In this document: positions 48,844 through 58,499 of the stretch, one piece after another
Numbering within the stretch: the first letter of the stretch is position 1
Layout of the letters: each line of letters begins with the position of its first letter
Assembly: GCF_047245525.1 (NCBI RefSeq)
Contig: NZ_JBKTQL010000005.1
Strand: one strand, 5' to 3'
Origin: Eubacterium sp.
GTDB taxonomy: Bacteria; Bacillota; Clostridia; Lachnospirales; Lachnospiraceae
DNA length: 64,000 nt
Notes under the pieces: generated by a model
Told to the model about the DNA's origin: nothing
The model's database searches: none
What the model saw: the letters and a program-made list of their open reading frames with translations, nothing else
Program-made: the position numbers and the translations under genes

Positions 48844-49155
48844 AAGCCTATACATGTACTTCCGCCAACCCACGACCTACTTGGCTACGGAACTACACCC
48901 AAAATTTCAATTTATCAAACTTATACATGTACTTCTGCCAACCCACAACCTACTTGGCTGCAGAACTACACTCAAAATTTCAATATATCAAGCTTATACA
49001 CGTACTTCTGACACCCCACAACCCATCGGGCTGCAGAACTACACCCAAAATTTCAATTTATCAAGCCTATACACGTAGTTCTGACCCCCCACAACCTATC
49101 GGGCTACGGAACTACACTCAAAATTTCAATTTATCAAGCTTATACACGTACTTCC
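48844..49155. repeat. Tandem array of 73-bp units (about 4.3 copies) with internal inverted repeat
   Basis: Units start at 48844, 48917, 48990, 49063 and 49136 (partial); each has GTA(C/G)TTC(C/T)G...C(G/A)GAACTAC followed by CAAAATTTCAAT(T/A)TATC. Confidence 0.95.
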
Positions 49156-49187
49156 GGTCCACCGGAAGGGTTTTTTGTAAATTTTTA

Positions 49188-49583
49188 TTATTTTATTTGT
49201 GTCATAATATAATAAAATACTCTTTGCGGTATTTTATAGAAAGATTTGTTCATATAGCAATATGCATATTCCCCATTTGGAGAATAAATTTCAATTTTAT
49301 CATTTGCCGGTTTAATAAACAGATAAGCTATCGGTGCAGACTTAAGATTAAATTCCCTTATTTTTATCCATTTATCAGTTTCCATATTGCTTATAAACTC
49401 GTCAATGTTATTAACTTTTGTTGAATGTGGTTCGATTTCCTGCACTATCTCAATCGCCTCAATATTTTTGTTAAATGGTAGTGAATTATTTCTACCAACA
49501 ATATAACAATATATTCCCAACACTATAAAAAATACAATCGATAGTATTATAATATATGTTCTTTTCTTATTGGTAGATTTCAT
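49188..49583 (-). CDS. Hypothetical protein with N-terminal membrane anchor
   Basis: AGGAG RBS; basic N-terminus then a hydrophobic helix; very AT-rich. Confidence 0.65.
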   Translation of the reverse strand: MKSTNKKRTYIIILSIVFFIVLGIYCYIVGRNNSLPFNKNIEAIEIVQEIEPHSTKVNNIDEFISNMETDKWIKIREFNLKSAPIAYLFIKPANDKIEIYSPNGEYAYCYMNKSFYKIPQRVFYYIMTQIK

Positions 49584-49613
49584 AATATTCTCCTACAAAG
49601 TACCCCGGACTCT

Positions 49614-50024
49614 CTACAGCACTGCCTTTACCTTCTCAGCAATCTCTGCAAGTTTTTCTGTATCCTGTGTTCCCGGAGTCCATTTAATATTTGCATCATC
49701 ATCGTCATATCTTGGAATTACATGAATATGTAAATGGAAAACTGACTGACCTGCCACCTCGCCATTATTCTGCAAAATATTTACGCCCTTGCAGCCTGTT
49801 GCTTCCTTTAATGCTGTGGCAACCTTCTTGGCTACAACGTGTGCATGAGCAAGCAATTCATCATCAATTTCAAAAACATTTGCTGCATGTGACTTTGGAA
49901 GTACTAAAGCATGTCCCAAAGTTGCCGGGCTTATGTCAAATATTACTTTCACCTTATCATCTTCATAAATTGATGTTGAAGGTATTTCTCCATTAGCTAT
50001 CTTACAAAAAATACAATCACTCAT
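49614..50024 (-). CDS. HIT family protein
   Basis: DCIFCKI, GQSVFHLHIHVIPR. Confidence 0.95.
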   Translation of the reverse strand: MSDCIFCKIANGEIPSTSIYEDDKVKVIFDISPATLGHALVLPKSHAANVFEIDDELLAHAHVVAKKVATALKEATGCKGVNILQNNGEVAGQSVFHLHIHVIPRYDDDDANIKWTPGTQDTEKLAEIAEKVKAVL

Positions 50025-50045
50025 ATCTTTCCTCCTCATCTATAA

Positions 50046-50678
50046 TTATAAATTAAAATAATTTTCTCTGTTCTTTGGCCAATACAATAAAAAGGCTAAA
50101 ACCACGCCTACCAGGGCACCACCTAAATGCGCCATCCAGTCTACGCCCTCTTCCATATTGCCAAATACCATAAGCACAAACAGGATTATAAGTCTTGGTG
50201 CGGAAACCTGACCCATTCGTCTTCTGTTCTTAAATATCATAACCAGCATAATGCCAAATATTCCAAATATTGCCCCTGATGCACCTACGCTAACTGCTGC
50301 TTCGCTCATTCGCATTTCTACAAGTGAAGACAAAACTGCTCCGCCAATTCCACTGACAAAATAACTTAGCAGATATTTAAACCAGCCATATTCCCTCTCA
50401 ATCTGATAACCGAGAATTCCCAGCATAAACATATTATTTAATAAATGTTCCGGCCCTGCATGCACAAACATATGGGTTATGAGCCTGTACCATTCACCAT
50501 TATCTATAACGCTCGGCCAATACATTGCCCCATGAGTATAGAGGAAATTAGTATCCTCTGTGGACCCTGTCAGTTCCATATACAAAAACACCAGCACGTT
50601 AATTACTATAAGAATTACAGTGACTATTGGAAGGTTATTCAATTTTTTTGTTCTTATTTCATAATCGTAATTTTCCAT
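50046..50678 (-). CDS. Rhomboid intramembrane serine protease
   Basis: WYRL.T.MF.H, HL..NM, GASGA, AHLGG. Confidence 0.93.
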   Translation of the reverse strand: MENYDYEIRTKKLNNLPIVTVILIVINVLVFLYMELTGSTEDTNFLYTHGAMYWPSVIDNGEWYRLITHMFVHAGPEHLLNNMFMLGILGYQIEREYGWFKYLLSYFVSGIGGAVLSSLVEMRMSEAAVSVGASGAIFGIFGIMLVMIFKNRRRMGQVSAPRLIILFVLMVFGNMEEGVDWMAHLGGALVGVVLAFLLYWPKNRENYFNL

Positions 50679-50735
50679 AAAATATATAATAACGCTTTTT
50701 AATTAATTAGTCTATTAAACTTTCAATTTATATGT

Positions 50736-51686
50736 CTATCCCAGTTCCTGCTGCAATATTTCAATAAACTTTCTTCCTGCCTTTGAAATATATTTGCCTT
50801 TCTTGTATGCAACACACATTGTTCTTGTTGAATCCTCAGTTGTGCCAACCTTATAATAACAGGCATGTTCCCTAATATTATTGAATTTTACGGTTGTCTC
50901 TGTAACAAAAGAAATTCCTACATTGGCAACGCTCATGGCAAGACCTGTAATTGTCTGAGATGTATAAAGGGCAACCTTCGGAGAAAAACCTGCCTTTTCA
51001 AAAATTTCATCAACCATTCTACGTATATGCTGGTCTTCATTTAGCAGTACAAATTCCTCATCTCTAACTTCGTTCATATCCAAAGTCTTTATCTTTGAAT
51101 AATCGACTTTTCCCTTAAGAAGTTCCTCCGTTGGAATCTTGTACTCTTTTATTCTGTCGTTAATTTCTGCATCCTTTGGCACTGCCATTAACAGCCTCTC
51201 ACTAAACAACTCTTCTTTGTCAAAAAGTTCATCGTCAATTCTTCCATCCGTCAGAAACATATCCACGTCTCCCACAAGACACTTATTCATAATTTCAGGA
51301 ACTTTTTCTTCTATTAATTTAAAAGTAATACCCGGATATTTTTTTCTGAGAACAGAAATCGGCCCCGGCAAATAACCTGTAGAGAAGCAGACAACACTTC
51401 CCATCGTTATTTCCCCCTGCTTTAAATCCTGCAAATCCGACATAACATTATTTAGTCTGTCCGTTGCATTTAAAACATCATTAGCATACTCTAAGTACGC
51501 CATTCCAAATTCTGTTATTTCAATCGGTGATATACTTCTGTCAAAAAGGGGTACTCCCAGCTTTTCTTCTAATTTCCTCACAAAATTACTTAAAGCCGGT
51601 TGGGATATTCCAATTGCCTTAGATGCTTTTGAAAAACTCTTATGCTTTGCAACCTCTTTTATATAACTAAATTCATTACTGTTCAT
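50736..51686 (-). CDS. LysR family transcriptional regulator
   Basis: SFSKAS..I.ISQPALS...KLEEKLG..LFDR. Confidence 0.93.
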   Translation of the reverse strand: MNSNEFSYIKEVAKHKSFSKASKAIGISQPALSNFVRKLEEKLGVPLFDRSISPIEITEFGMAYLEYANDVLNATDRLNNVMSDLQDLKQGEITMGSVVCFSTGYLPGPISVLRKKYPGITFKLIEEKVPEIMNKCLVGDVDMFLTDGRIDDELFDKEELFSERLLMAVPKDAEINDRIKEYKIPTEELLKGKVDYSKIKTLDMNEVRDEEFVLLNEDQHIRRMVDEIFEKAGFSPKVALYTSQTITGLAMSVANVGISFVTETTVKFNNIREHACYYKVGTTEDSTRTMCVAYKKGKYISKAGRKFIEILQQELG

Positions 51687-51815
51687 AAAAACTCCATCAT
51701 TATATGTTTATTTATAATGATTATAATATTTTTATCCCAACTTTCCAATTATAAGTTTTATATTACTCATTCCCGGCATAAGTTTTTATCCTCTTAAACT
51801 TACACCAATTGTCTA

Positions 51816-52559
51816 CTAATCTGTAAGCAGTTCATTCAGATGTTGCCATAACTCTCCATATCCCTCGCTTACAGGAGTTACAGGTTTTTCAACAGGATTG
51901 TATAAATGTTCCTTAATTATTCCCTCTTTGGACATTACCATTATTCTGTTTCCAAGAGAAATGGCTTCCTGAATATTATGGGTTATAAAAAGAACCGTCA
52001 TTTTCTCTTTTTCCTTTATTTTTATAAGCTCTGCCTGTAACTGTTTTCTTGTCATAGCATCCAGAGCTGCAAAAGGTTCATCCATCATTATTATTTTTGA
52101 CCCAAGAGCCAATCCCTTTGCAATTGCCACCCTTTGCTTCATTCCACCACTTAACTGATGTGGATAATAGTTTTTATATTGCAGAAGATTAACCTTGTTT
52201 AAATACTTTTCTGCCTTCTCTTTTCTTTCCTCTTTATTTTTCATGCCACCTACTTTTAGGGCGTATGTTATATTTCCCAAAACGGTTTTCCATGGAAATA
52301 ACTGATTAAAATCCTGAAATACCATTATTCTGTCAGGGCCGGGCTTTACTACCTTTTCACCATTTACCGTAATGCTTCCTTCGTAATCTTCAAAGCCTGC
52401 GATACATCTTATCAGGGTGGACTTGCCACATCCGGAAGGCCCCAAAACGCAGAGGAAATCTTCCTCATTTATAGACAGGTCAATATCATTAAGTATTATT
52501 CTGTCGGAATTATCATATTTCTTTCTTAACTTTTCTATTTTTAACATCGCCTGACTCAT
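51816..52559 (-). CDS. Nitrate/sulfonate-type ABC transporter ATPase (SsuB/TauB-like)
   Basis: GPSGCGKST, LFPW.TV, YPHQLSGGM.QR, MDEPF.ALD. Confidence 0.9.
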   Translation of the reverse strand: MSQAMLKIEKLRKKYDNSDRIILNDIDLSINEEDFLCVLGPSGCGKSTLIRCIAGFEDYEGSITVNGEKVVKPGPDRIMVFQDFNQLFPWKTVLGNITYALKVGGMKNKEERKEKAEKYLNKVNLLQYKNYYPHQLSGGMKQRVAIAKGLALGSKIIMMDEPFAALDAMTRKQLQAELIKIKEKEKMTVLFITHNIQEAISLGNRIMVMSKEGIIKEHLYNPVEKPVTPVSEGYGELWQHLNELLTD

Positions 52560-53332
52560 CGTATCACACCCCATTTCTTAAATGTCTTATTTTCTATTGT
52601 CCTAAATAAGCCATACTCAACAATAATGCCTATGATGACAATGACAATAATTGTTGCAAAAACTCCGGCTATGTCTGTATTTGTTCTTCTGTCTTGAATA
52701 TAGTAGCCTATTCCTAAGGCTCCACCACCGCCAAAAATCATTTCAGCACTTATAAGTCCTCGCCATGCTCTTGCCCAGCCTACTTTTATGCCTGAGAAAA
52801 TTCTTGGAAGGGCTGCAGGCAGAAACACTCCAAACACCAGTTTTACAGGGCTTAGTCCTATATTTCTTCCCACTTCCAAATACAGCTGGGGTACGGCATT
52901 AAATCCATCGATTATACTTCTTGACATTGGCCATACTACAGCGTGAATCACCATAAATATTATTGCCGCATCTCCTACTCCAAGCCACAAAATGGCTATT
53001 GGAATAAGCGCTATTCCCGGAATCAGATCGCACATTGAAACAATCATATTATAAATCGTATAAAATGTTTCACTGACAACCGATAGGCTTGAAAAAAGCA
53101 GTGCCAGAATAATTCCTATTATCAGCCCTTTTACAATAAGGGATAAAGAATGAAGTACCATTACTCCAAGTTCTTTTTCCGTAAATGCCGTTATAAATGC
53201 CTGTCCAATTGATTTAAGCGATGGAAATAATATCTCCGGCCAAATTTTTAACGAATACAAAACCTGCCATAAAACAAGCACCGCAACTATAAAAATTATC
53301 TTTACCAGAAAATTCTTTGTTTTCTTATTCAC
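52556..53332 (-). CDS. ABC transporter permease (SsuC/TauC-like)
   Basis: Hydrophobic; LPAALP.I.SG.K.GW..AW..LI.AEM. Confidence 0.88.
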   Translation of the reverse strand: MNKKTKNFLVKIIFIVAVLVLWQVLYSLKIWPEILFPSLKSIGQAFITAFTEKELGVMVLHSLSLIVKGLIIGIILALLFSSLSVVSETFYTIYNMIVSMCDLIPGIALIPIAILWLGVGDAAIIFMVIHAVVWPMSRSIIDGFNAVPQLYLEVGRNIGLSPVKLVFGVFLPAALPRIFSGIKVGWARAWRGLISAEMIFGGGGALGIGYYIQDRRTNTDIAGVFATIIVIVIIGIIVEYGLFRTIENKTFKKWGVIR

Positions 53333-53343
53333 TGTTTCTCTCC

Positions 53344-54321
53344 TTAGTTTCCTTTCACGTTGTCAAATACAATTTCCTTAATATCTTTTGGTCCTTTGTC
53401 CAAAAATCCTTCTTCTACCATAAACTGAGAAAGCTTCATAACTCCCTGCACTTCAGTTTTATACTGTGCCTCCTCATTCTTTAGCCATGAAGCAATCTCC
53501 TCCTGTGTAGCGTCATAGCTTTCAGTAAGAATTTTTGCTGTTTCTTCAGGATTTTTCTGTATATATTCCATGGCTTCCTTTGTTGCTTCGCAAAATGCGT
53601 TATATAATTCAGGATTTTTTTCATTTAACTTTTCTGATGCGATTCCAACTATTGATGTGTCTCCCTTTGGCCACACATCCTCACTAACCTTTATCTCATG
53701 TATATTATCTTCCTTAACTTCCATTAAATTATATGGTGCCAGAACCATATTACATTTAACTGCCCCCGTCATTAAAGCCGAATATCCGTCCGCATTGGCC
53801 ATGGCTACTAAATTAGCGTCTAAGGCATGGGCGTCTCCCAGTTCTTTTTTTGCCGCCATTGACAATAATATATGCGGCTGACTGTTAATCTGGGTTACTA
53901 CAATCTGATCCTTTGCCTTTATATCCTTTAAAGTTTTAATACTACTGTCGTTAGTCTGTATTCCACATGATACAGCTGCCAAACCTGTACATATTTTATA
54001 TGGTGCTTTAGATGCTATTCCGCTTATGGCTACAGATGTTCCAAGGGCCCCTATATCTATTGAGTCTGCAGTTATTCCCTCACTTATGGCTGCACCACTT
54101 GCCATTACTTTCCAATCAACCTTTACCTTTTTACCATAATGTTTTTCAATCAGGTTTTGTTCTTTCATTACTAACAGCGGTGTGTAAGACAATCCCATCT
54201 GATATGCTATTACCAATTTGTCTTCCTTCGCTGCTTTTTCACTTTTTGTACCACATGCAGTTAATGCAAAAGCCAAAGAAGCTACCATCATTACTGCCAC
54301 TAGTCTTTTTAATTTTTTCAT
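53344..54321 (-). CDS. ABC transporter substrate-binding lipoprotein (SsuA/NMT1-like)
   Basis: Lipobox LTAC; operon context. Confidence 0.85.
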   Translation of the reverse strand: MKKLKRLVAVMMVASLAFALTACGTKSEKAAKEDKLVIAYQMGLSYTPLLVMKEQNLIEKHYGKKVKVDWKVMASGAAISEGITADSIDIGALGTSVAISGIASKAPYKICTGLAAVSCGIQTNDSSIKTLKDIKAKDQIVVTQINSQPHILLSMAAKKELGDAHALDANLVAMANADGYSALMTGAVKCNMVLAPYNLMEVKEDNIHEIKVSEDVWPKGDTSIVGIASEKLNEKNPELYNAFCEATKEAMEYIQKNPEETAKILTESYDATQEEIASWLKNEEAQYKTEVQGVMKLSQFMVEEGFLDKGPKDIKEIVFDNVKGN

Positions 54322-54529
54322 TTCACTTCTCCTCTCGTTACTATTTCTTTATAGTTATATGTGATATATACATATGATTATATCGTGATAATATTATCAG
54401 TCAATTATGATTAAAAAGTGATGATATATTTTTCCTTTGTAAAAGCGTCGCACAACTTTATATTTCAAACTTATTTAAATTATGTTACAATGAAATTTGT
54501 GACAAACATTGGGAAGAAAGGATAAATTT

Positions 54530-55447
54530 ATGCTATCAATAATTTTACCTAGTTATAATGAAGGAAAAAATATATCAAAAGCTTCCGGTGTCATTTCGGA
54601 ATTATTGGCATCAAACAATATTCCTTACGAGCTTATTTTCGTAGATGATGGTTCAAAAGATGATACATGGAACGAAATAGAAAAGGCTTCAAAGGGCAAT
54701 CCTAATGTTGTTGGAATTCATTTTTCAAGAAATTTCGGCAAGGAATCAGCTCTTTTTGCAGGATTGGCTGAATCTACAGGTGATGCCTGCATTGTTATGG
54801 ATTGCGACTTGCAGCATCCCCCTGAAACATTAATAGAAATGTATCGTTTGTGGCAGGAAGGCTATGAAGTTGTTGAAGGTGTAAAGAGAAGCCGTGGTAA
54901 AGAAAGCATTCTCCACAAGGCCAGCGCCGGATTATTTTACAAACTTATTTCCAAAGCCGTGAAAATTGATATGTCCCGTGCCTCAGATTTTAAACTTTTA
55001 GACCGTAAGGCTGTTGACTCACTTCTTGCTATGCCTGAGAGAAACGCATTCTTTAGAGCATTGTCAGCATGGATTGGGTACAAAACAACAACTGTGGAAT
55101 TTGACGTAAGAGAAAGAGAAGAAGGTGAATCAAAGTGGTCAACCTGGTCACTGATAAAATACGCCATTACAAATATTGTTGCTTTTTCAGCTGCTCCAAT
55201 GCAGGTTGTAACAATTGCCGGAGTTCTGGTTTTCCTTTTTGCAATCATCCTTGGCATTCAGACTCTTATAAAATTCTTTATGGGACATGCCGTTGCAGGA
55301 TTTACTACTGTAATTCTTCTGATTCTTATAATTGGAAGTATCATAATGATAAGTTTAGGCATTATCGGATATTACATTTCTAAGATTTATGAGGAAGTAA
55401 AAGGCAGACCAAAATATATAATATCGAAAAAAATCAACAAAAAATAA
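54530..55447 (+). CDS. GtrB/CsbB-like GT2 polyprenol-phosphate glycosyltransferase
   Basis: P.YNE, VDDGS.D, SRNFGKE.A, MDCDLQHPP, two C-terminal TMs. Confidence 0.9.
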   Translation: MLSIILPSYNEGKNISKASGVISELLASNNIPYELIFVDDGSKDDTWNEIEKASKGNPNVVGIHFSRNFGKESALFAGLAESTGDACIVMDCDLQHPPETLIEMYRLWQEGYEVVEGVKRSRGKESILHKASAGLFYKLISKAVKIDMSRASDFKLLDRKAVDSLLAMPERNAFFRALSAWIGYKTTTVEFDVREREEGESKWSTWSLIKYAITNIVAFSAAPMQVVTIAGVLVFLFAIILGIQTLIKFFMGHAVAGFTTVILLILIIGSIIMISLGIIGYYISKIYEEVKGRPKYIISKKINKK

Positions 55448-55452
55448 CACAG

Positions 55453-57357
55453 GTGAGGAGATTTATTTTGAAAAACAAAAAAACACATTTACTTAAGTAT
55501 CTTATTTTTGGATTTTTATCATCGGTTTCATTAAACCTTTCACTACAGGTTGTTACAAACAAGGCTATTGAAGACGAAATTTCAATGAAAAATCCAAACG
55601 CATTGTTCCGTTTACTTTGGGACTTTAAGAGATCTTTATCTGGCTATAATATGCAGGCTCTTGTAGTTGTTGTTGCCCTGACATTGCTTTTTTACACAAT
55701 TTCCAAGTATATGACAAAATTTGTTCCATGCGCGGCAGTAACTTCTGCTATTTTTACATTTTTCCAGATATTTGGTTCTTCATTTAAACATACAGCAAGC
55801 TGGGATTTCGTTTTTGGTTCAACAAGAAATGTAATCAAGTCAATTGTTTCAGCAACAGGCTATGGAATTTTATTTTACTTTTTAATTTGTGGTGTACTGC
55901 TATTCTTCAAAAGATTCAGTTTTATTAAGGAAGATTCAAAGGTACAAAGTTGGTTTACAAATAATAGAAAATCATTGTTTATTGTAGCCGGTCTTATTTT
56001 ATTAATGTGGCTTCCTTATTATATAGCAGCATTTCCGGGCCTAACAAACTTTGACTTCTTTGATATGTTGGACACTTTCTATGGAAAAAATACAAACAGT
56101 CTACGTATTGTAATTCCTATTGACCCAAGTGTTACACTTAACAACAACAATCCGGTATTACAGACACTTATGGCTGTAGGCTTTATCAAACTTGGAAATA
56201 TTCTTGGTTCGCCATATATCGGACTGTTTTTATTTATTGTTATTCAGGCTGTATTATTTGCTCTGGTTTTATCATACACAATCAGATTTTTAGCAAAGAA
56301 AAATATTAATAAAACATTGAGAATAATATTACTTTTAATGTTTGGACTTATTCCGGTTCATGCTAACTTCGCATTTACCACATTAAAGGATACTAACTTT
56401 GCATTTACAACCCTGTTGTATCTGCTGTTTTTAATAGATTTTGTATTAGACACGGAAGCATTTATTGCAAAGAAATCAAATCTTGTCAAATTAGCTCTTT
56501 TGACATTAATTATGATGTTCCTTAGAAACAACGGATTATACGTAGTTGCGATTACTGCTGTTGTATTCCTTATTGCTTACAGGAAATACTTCAAGAAGAT
56601 TGCAATTGCATTTATACTTCCAATTCTTCTTTTTGAAATTACGACTCAGGTTATTTACCCTGCGTTAAAAATTTCTCCGGGTAGTTCTGCTGAAGCATAC
56701 TCAATACCTTTCCAGCAGGCTGCAAGGGTTCTAAAAGAACACGGAGACGACATTCCACAGGAAGATAAGGATAAGTTTAAGGCGGTCTTCTTTAATAAAG
56801 ACATTGAAAACAGATATGATCCTGAAATTTCCGATCCGGTAAAATCAAGATTTGATAAAAATACAACACCTGAACAGTTATCAGACTTTTTCTCTGTATG
56901 GCTTAAATACTTAGGAAAGTATCCTGATGTCTACGTTCAGGCAACAATGAATAACTGTTATGGATATTTCTATCCTGAAGCTGAAAAGTGGCTTGTTTAT
57001 CCGGATATTGCCGAAACCGGAAAGCCTTACGGACTTGAAAGTCCTAAGTCACTTTCACGTGTACGTATTCAGATGGGTAATCTCTGTTACGTATTTAGAA
57101 GACTTCCCGGACTTGGAATGCTTGAAAGCATAGGCTTCTACGTTTGGGGAATTATCCTTGTCATTACGGCATTTGTATATTTCAGGGATAAAAAGAAAAT
57201 ATTAATGTTAACACCAATACTTGTACTTTTACTAACATGTATTGCAAGTCCTGCAAACACTTTGATAAGATATGTATATCCGGCAGTATTAAGTGCCCCT
57301 GTATTTATTTTCATTGTGGGTTATAATGTAAATAAGAACAATAATAAAGAACTCTAG
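55453..57357 (+). CDS. Multi-TM membrane protein, probable GT-C glycosyltransferase (DUF6020-like)
   Basis: Many TMs; FPG....D, KD, RNNG, SIPFQQ.AR, RY.YP motifs. Confidence 0.7.
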   Translation: MRRFILKNKKTHLLKYLIFGFLSSVSLNLSLQVVTNKAIEDEISMKNPNALFRLLWDFKRSLSGYNMQALVVVVALTLLFYTISKYMTKFVPCAAVTSAIFTFFQIFGSSFKHTASWDFVFGSTRNVIKSIVSATGYGILFYFLICGVLLFFKRFSFIKEDSKVQSWFTNNRKSLFIVAGLILLMWLPYYIAAFPGLTNFDFFDMLDTFYGKNTNSLRIVIPIDPSVTLNNNNPVLQTLMAVGFIKLGNILGSPYIGLFLFIVIQAVLFALVLSYTIRFLAKKNINKTLRIILLLMFGLIPVHANFAFTTLKDTNFAFTTLLYLLFLIDFVLDTEAFIAKKSNLVKLALLTLIMMFLRNNGLYVVAITAVVFLIAYRKYFKKIAIAFILPILLFEITTQVIYPALKISPGSSAEAYSIPFQQAARVLKEHGDDIPQEDKDKFKAVFFNKDIENRYDPEISDPVKSRFDKNTTPEQLSDFFSVWLKYLGKYPDVYVQATMNNCYGYFYPEAEKWLVYPDIAETGKPYGLESPKSLSRVRIQMGNLCYVFRRLPGLGMLESIGFYVWGIILVITAFVYFRDKKKILMLTPILVLLLTCIASPANTLIRYVYPAVLSAPVFIFIVGYNVNKNNNKEL

Positions 57358-57365
57358 GAGGAATT

Positions 57366-58070
57366 ATGAAGATACTCGTTATTATTCCGGCTTTCAATGA
57401 AAGCGATAATATTGAAACAGTAATCTCTAATATTGAAAACTGTGGTTTTGATGTAGATTATCTGGTCGTTAATGACTGTTCTACTGACAACACCCGCGAA
57501 ATATTAGAAAAATGCCATGCTAATTATTTAAATTTACCTGTTAACTTAGGTATTGGTGGTGCCGTTCAGTCAGGTTATTTATATGCTGATATGTATGGTT
57601 ATGACATTGCAATTCAGATTGATGGGGATGGTCAGCATGATCCAAAATACATTAAGGAACTAATTCAGCCTATATTAGATGGCAAAGCTGACATGACTGT
57701 AGGCTCACGATTTATTGATAAGGAAGGTTTCCAGTCATCAAAACTCCGCCGTGCAGGGATTAATTTCTTAAGCGGTCTTATTAAGTTAATGTGTGGTAAG
57801 AAAGTCTACGACGTAACAAGCGGATTTCGTGCCACTAATAAAAAGCTTACACATTTATTTGCAAAGGATTACGCTCAGGATTATCCTGAACCGGAAGCAA
57901 TTGTTACAAGTGTAATGCACGGTGCCACAGTTGAAGAAGTTCCTGTAATTATGCATGAACGTCTCGGTGGCGAAAGTTCAATTAAAAGTTTTAAATCAAT
58001 TTACTATATGATTAAAGTATCTATTTCAATTATTTTGAAGAGATTTATAATTAGCATTGGGAGGAAATAA
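57366..58070 (+). CDS. DPM1-like GT2 glycosyltransferase
   Basis: IPAFNE, NDCSTD, NLGIGGAVQ.G, DGDGQHDP, D.TSGFR. Confidence 0.9.
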   Translation: MKILVIIPAFNESDNIETVISNIENCGFDVDYLVVNDCSTDNTREILEKCHANYLNLPVNLGIGGAVQSGYLYADMYGYDIAIQIDGDGQHDPKYIKELIQPILDGKADMTVGSRFIDKEGFQSSKLRRAGINFLSGLIKLMCGKKVYDVTSGFRATNKKLTHLFAKDYAQDYPEPEAIVTSVMHGATVEEVPVIMHERLGGESSIKSFKSIYYMIKVSISIILKRFIISIGRK

Positions 58071-58072
58071 GC

Positions 58073-58432
58073 ATGAATTTATATTTAAGAATATCATTAA
58101 TTGTTGCAATTATATTATACTTTGTTTTTCTATTTACCCTCTTGAAGCGAAACAGCCTTGCTCTTAAGTACACACTCCTCTGGTTACTTACAGGCATCAT
58201 AATGCTTCTTGTGGTAATTTTCCCGGGAATTCTGGAAGTTCCTCTTCGTGCTATAGGCATTGTTGAGTGGACAAATGGAATTTTTGCATTGATACTTTTA
58301 TTCTTAATTGTAATCTGCATTACCATTACCTCCATTGTTTCAAAAATGAATGAGCACAATCGTAAGCTTACACAGCAATGTGCCATATATGAAAAGCGTA
58401 TTAGAGAATTAGAAGAAAAAATAGGAAAATAA
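58073..58432 (+). CDS. DUF2304-like small membrane protein
   Basis: 3 TMs with LLW motif and a C-terminal coiled coil; typical partner of DPM1-like GT2. Confidence 0.8.
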   Translation: MNLYLRISLIVAIILYFVFLFTLLKRNSLALKYTLLWLLTGIIMLLVVIFPGILEVPLRAIGIVEWTNGIFALILLFLIVICITITSIVSKMNEHNRKLTQQCAIYEKRIRELEEKIGK

Positions 58433-58446
58433 AAATTATAAACCAT

Positions 58447-58489
58447 AAAAAAGAGGATTGCCTTCAACATGTTGGCAATCCTCTTTTTT
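58447..58489. terminator. Bidirectional terminator
   Basis: AAAAAAGAGGATTGCC...GGCAATCCTCTTTTTT. Confidence 0.85.
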
Positions 58490-58499
58490 GTACTAAATA

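Noticed and set aside
48844..49155. CRISPR array or tRNA cluster
   Set aside because: Units are similar along their whole length (no unique spacers), no cas genes are nearby, and there is no cloverleaf or T-loop consensus despite the tRNA-like length.
48834..49424. 196-aa and 74-aa plus-strand ORFs through the repeat array
   Set aside because: No RBS. The unit length is not a multiple of 3, so translation just cycles frames. The longer ORF overlaps an opposite-strand gene.
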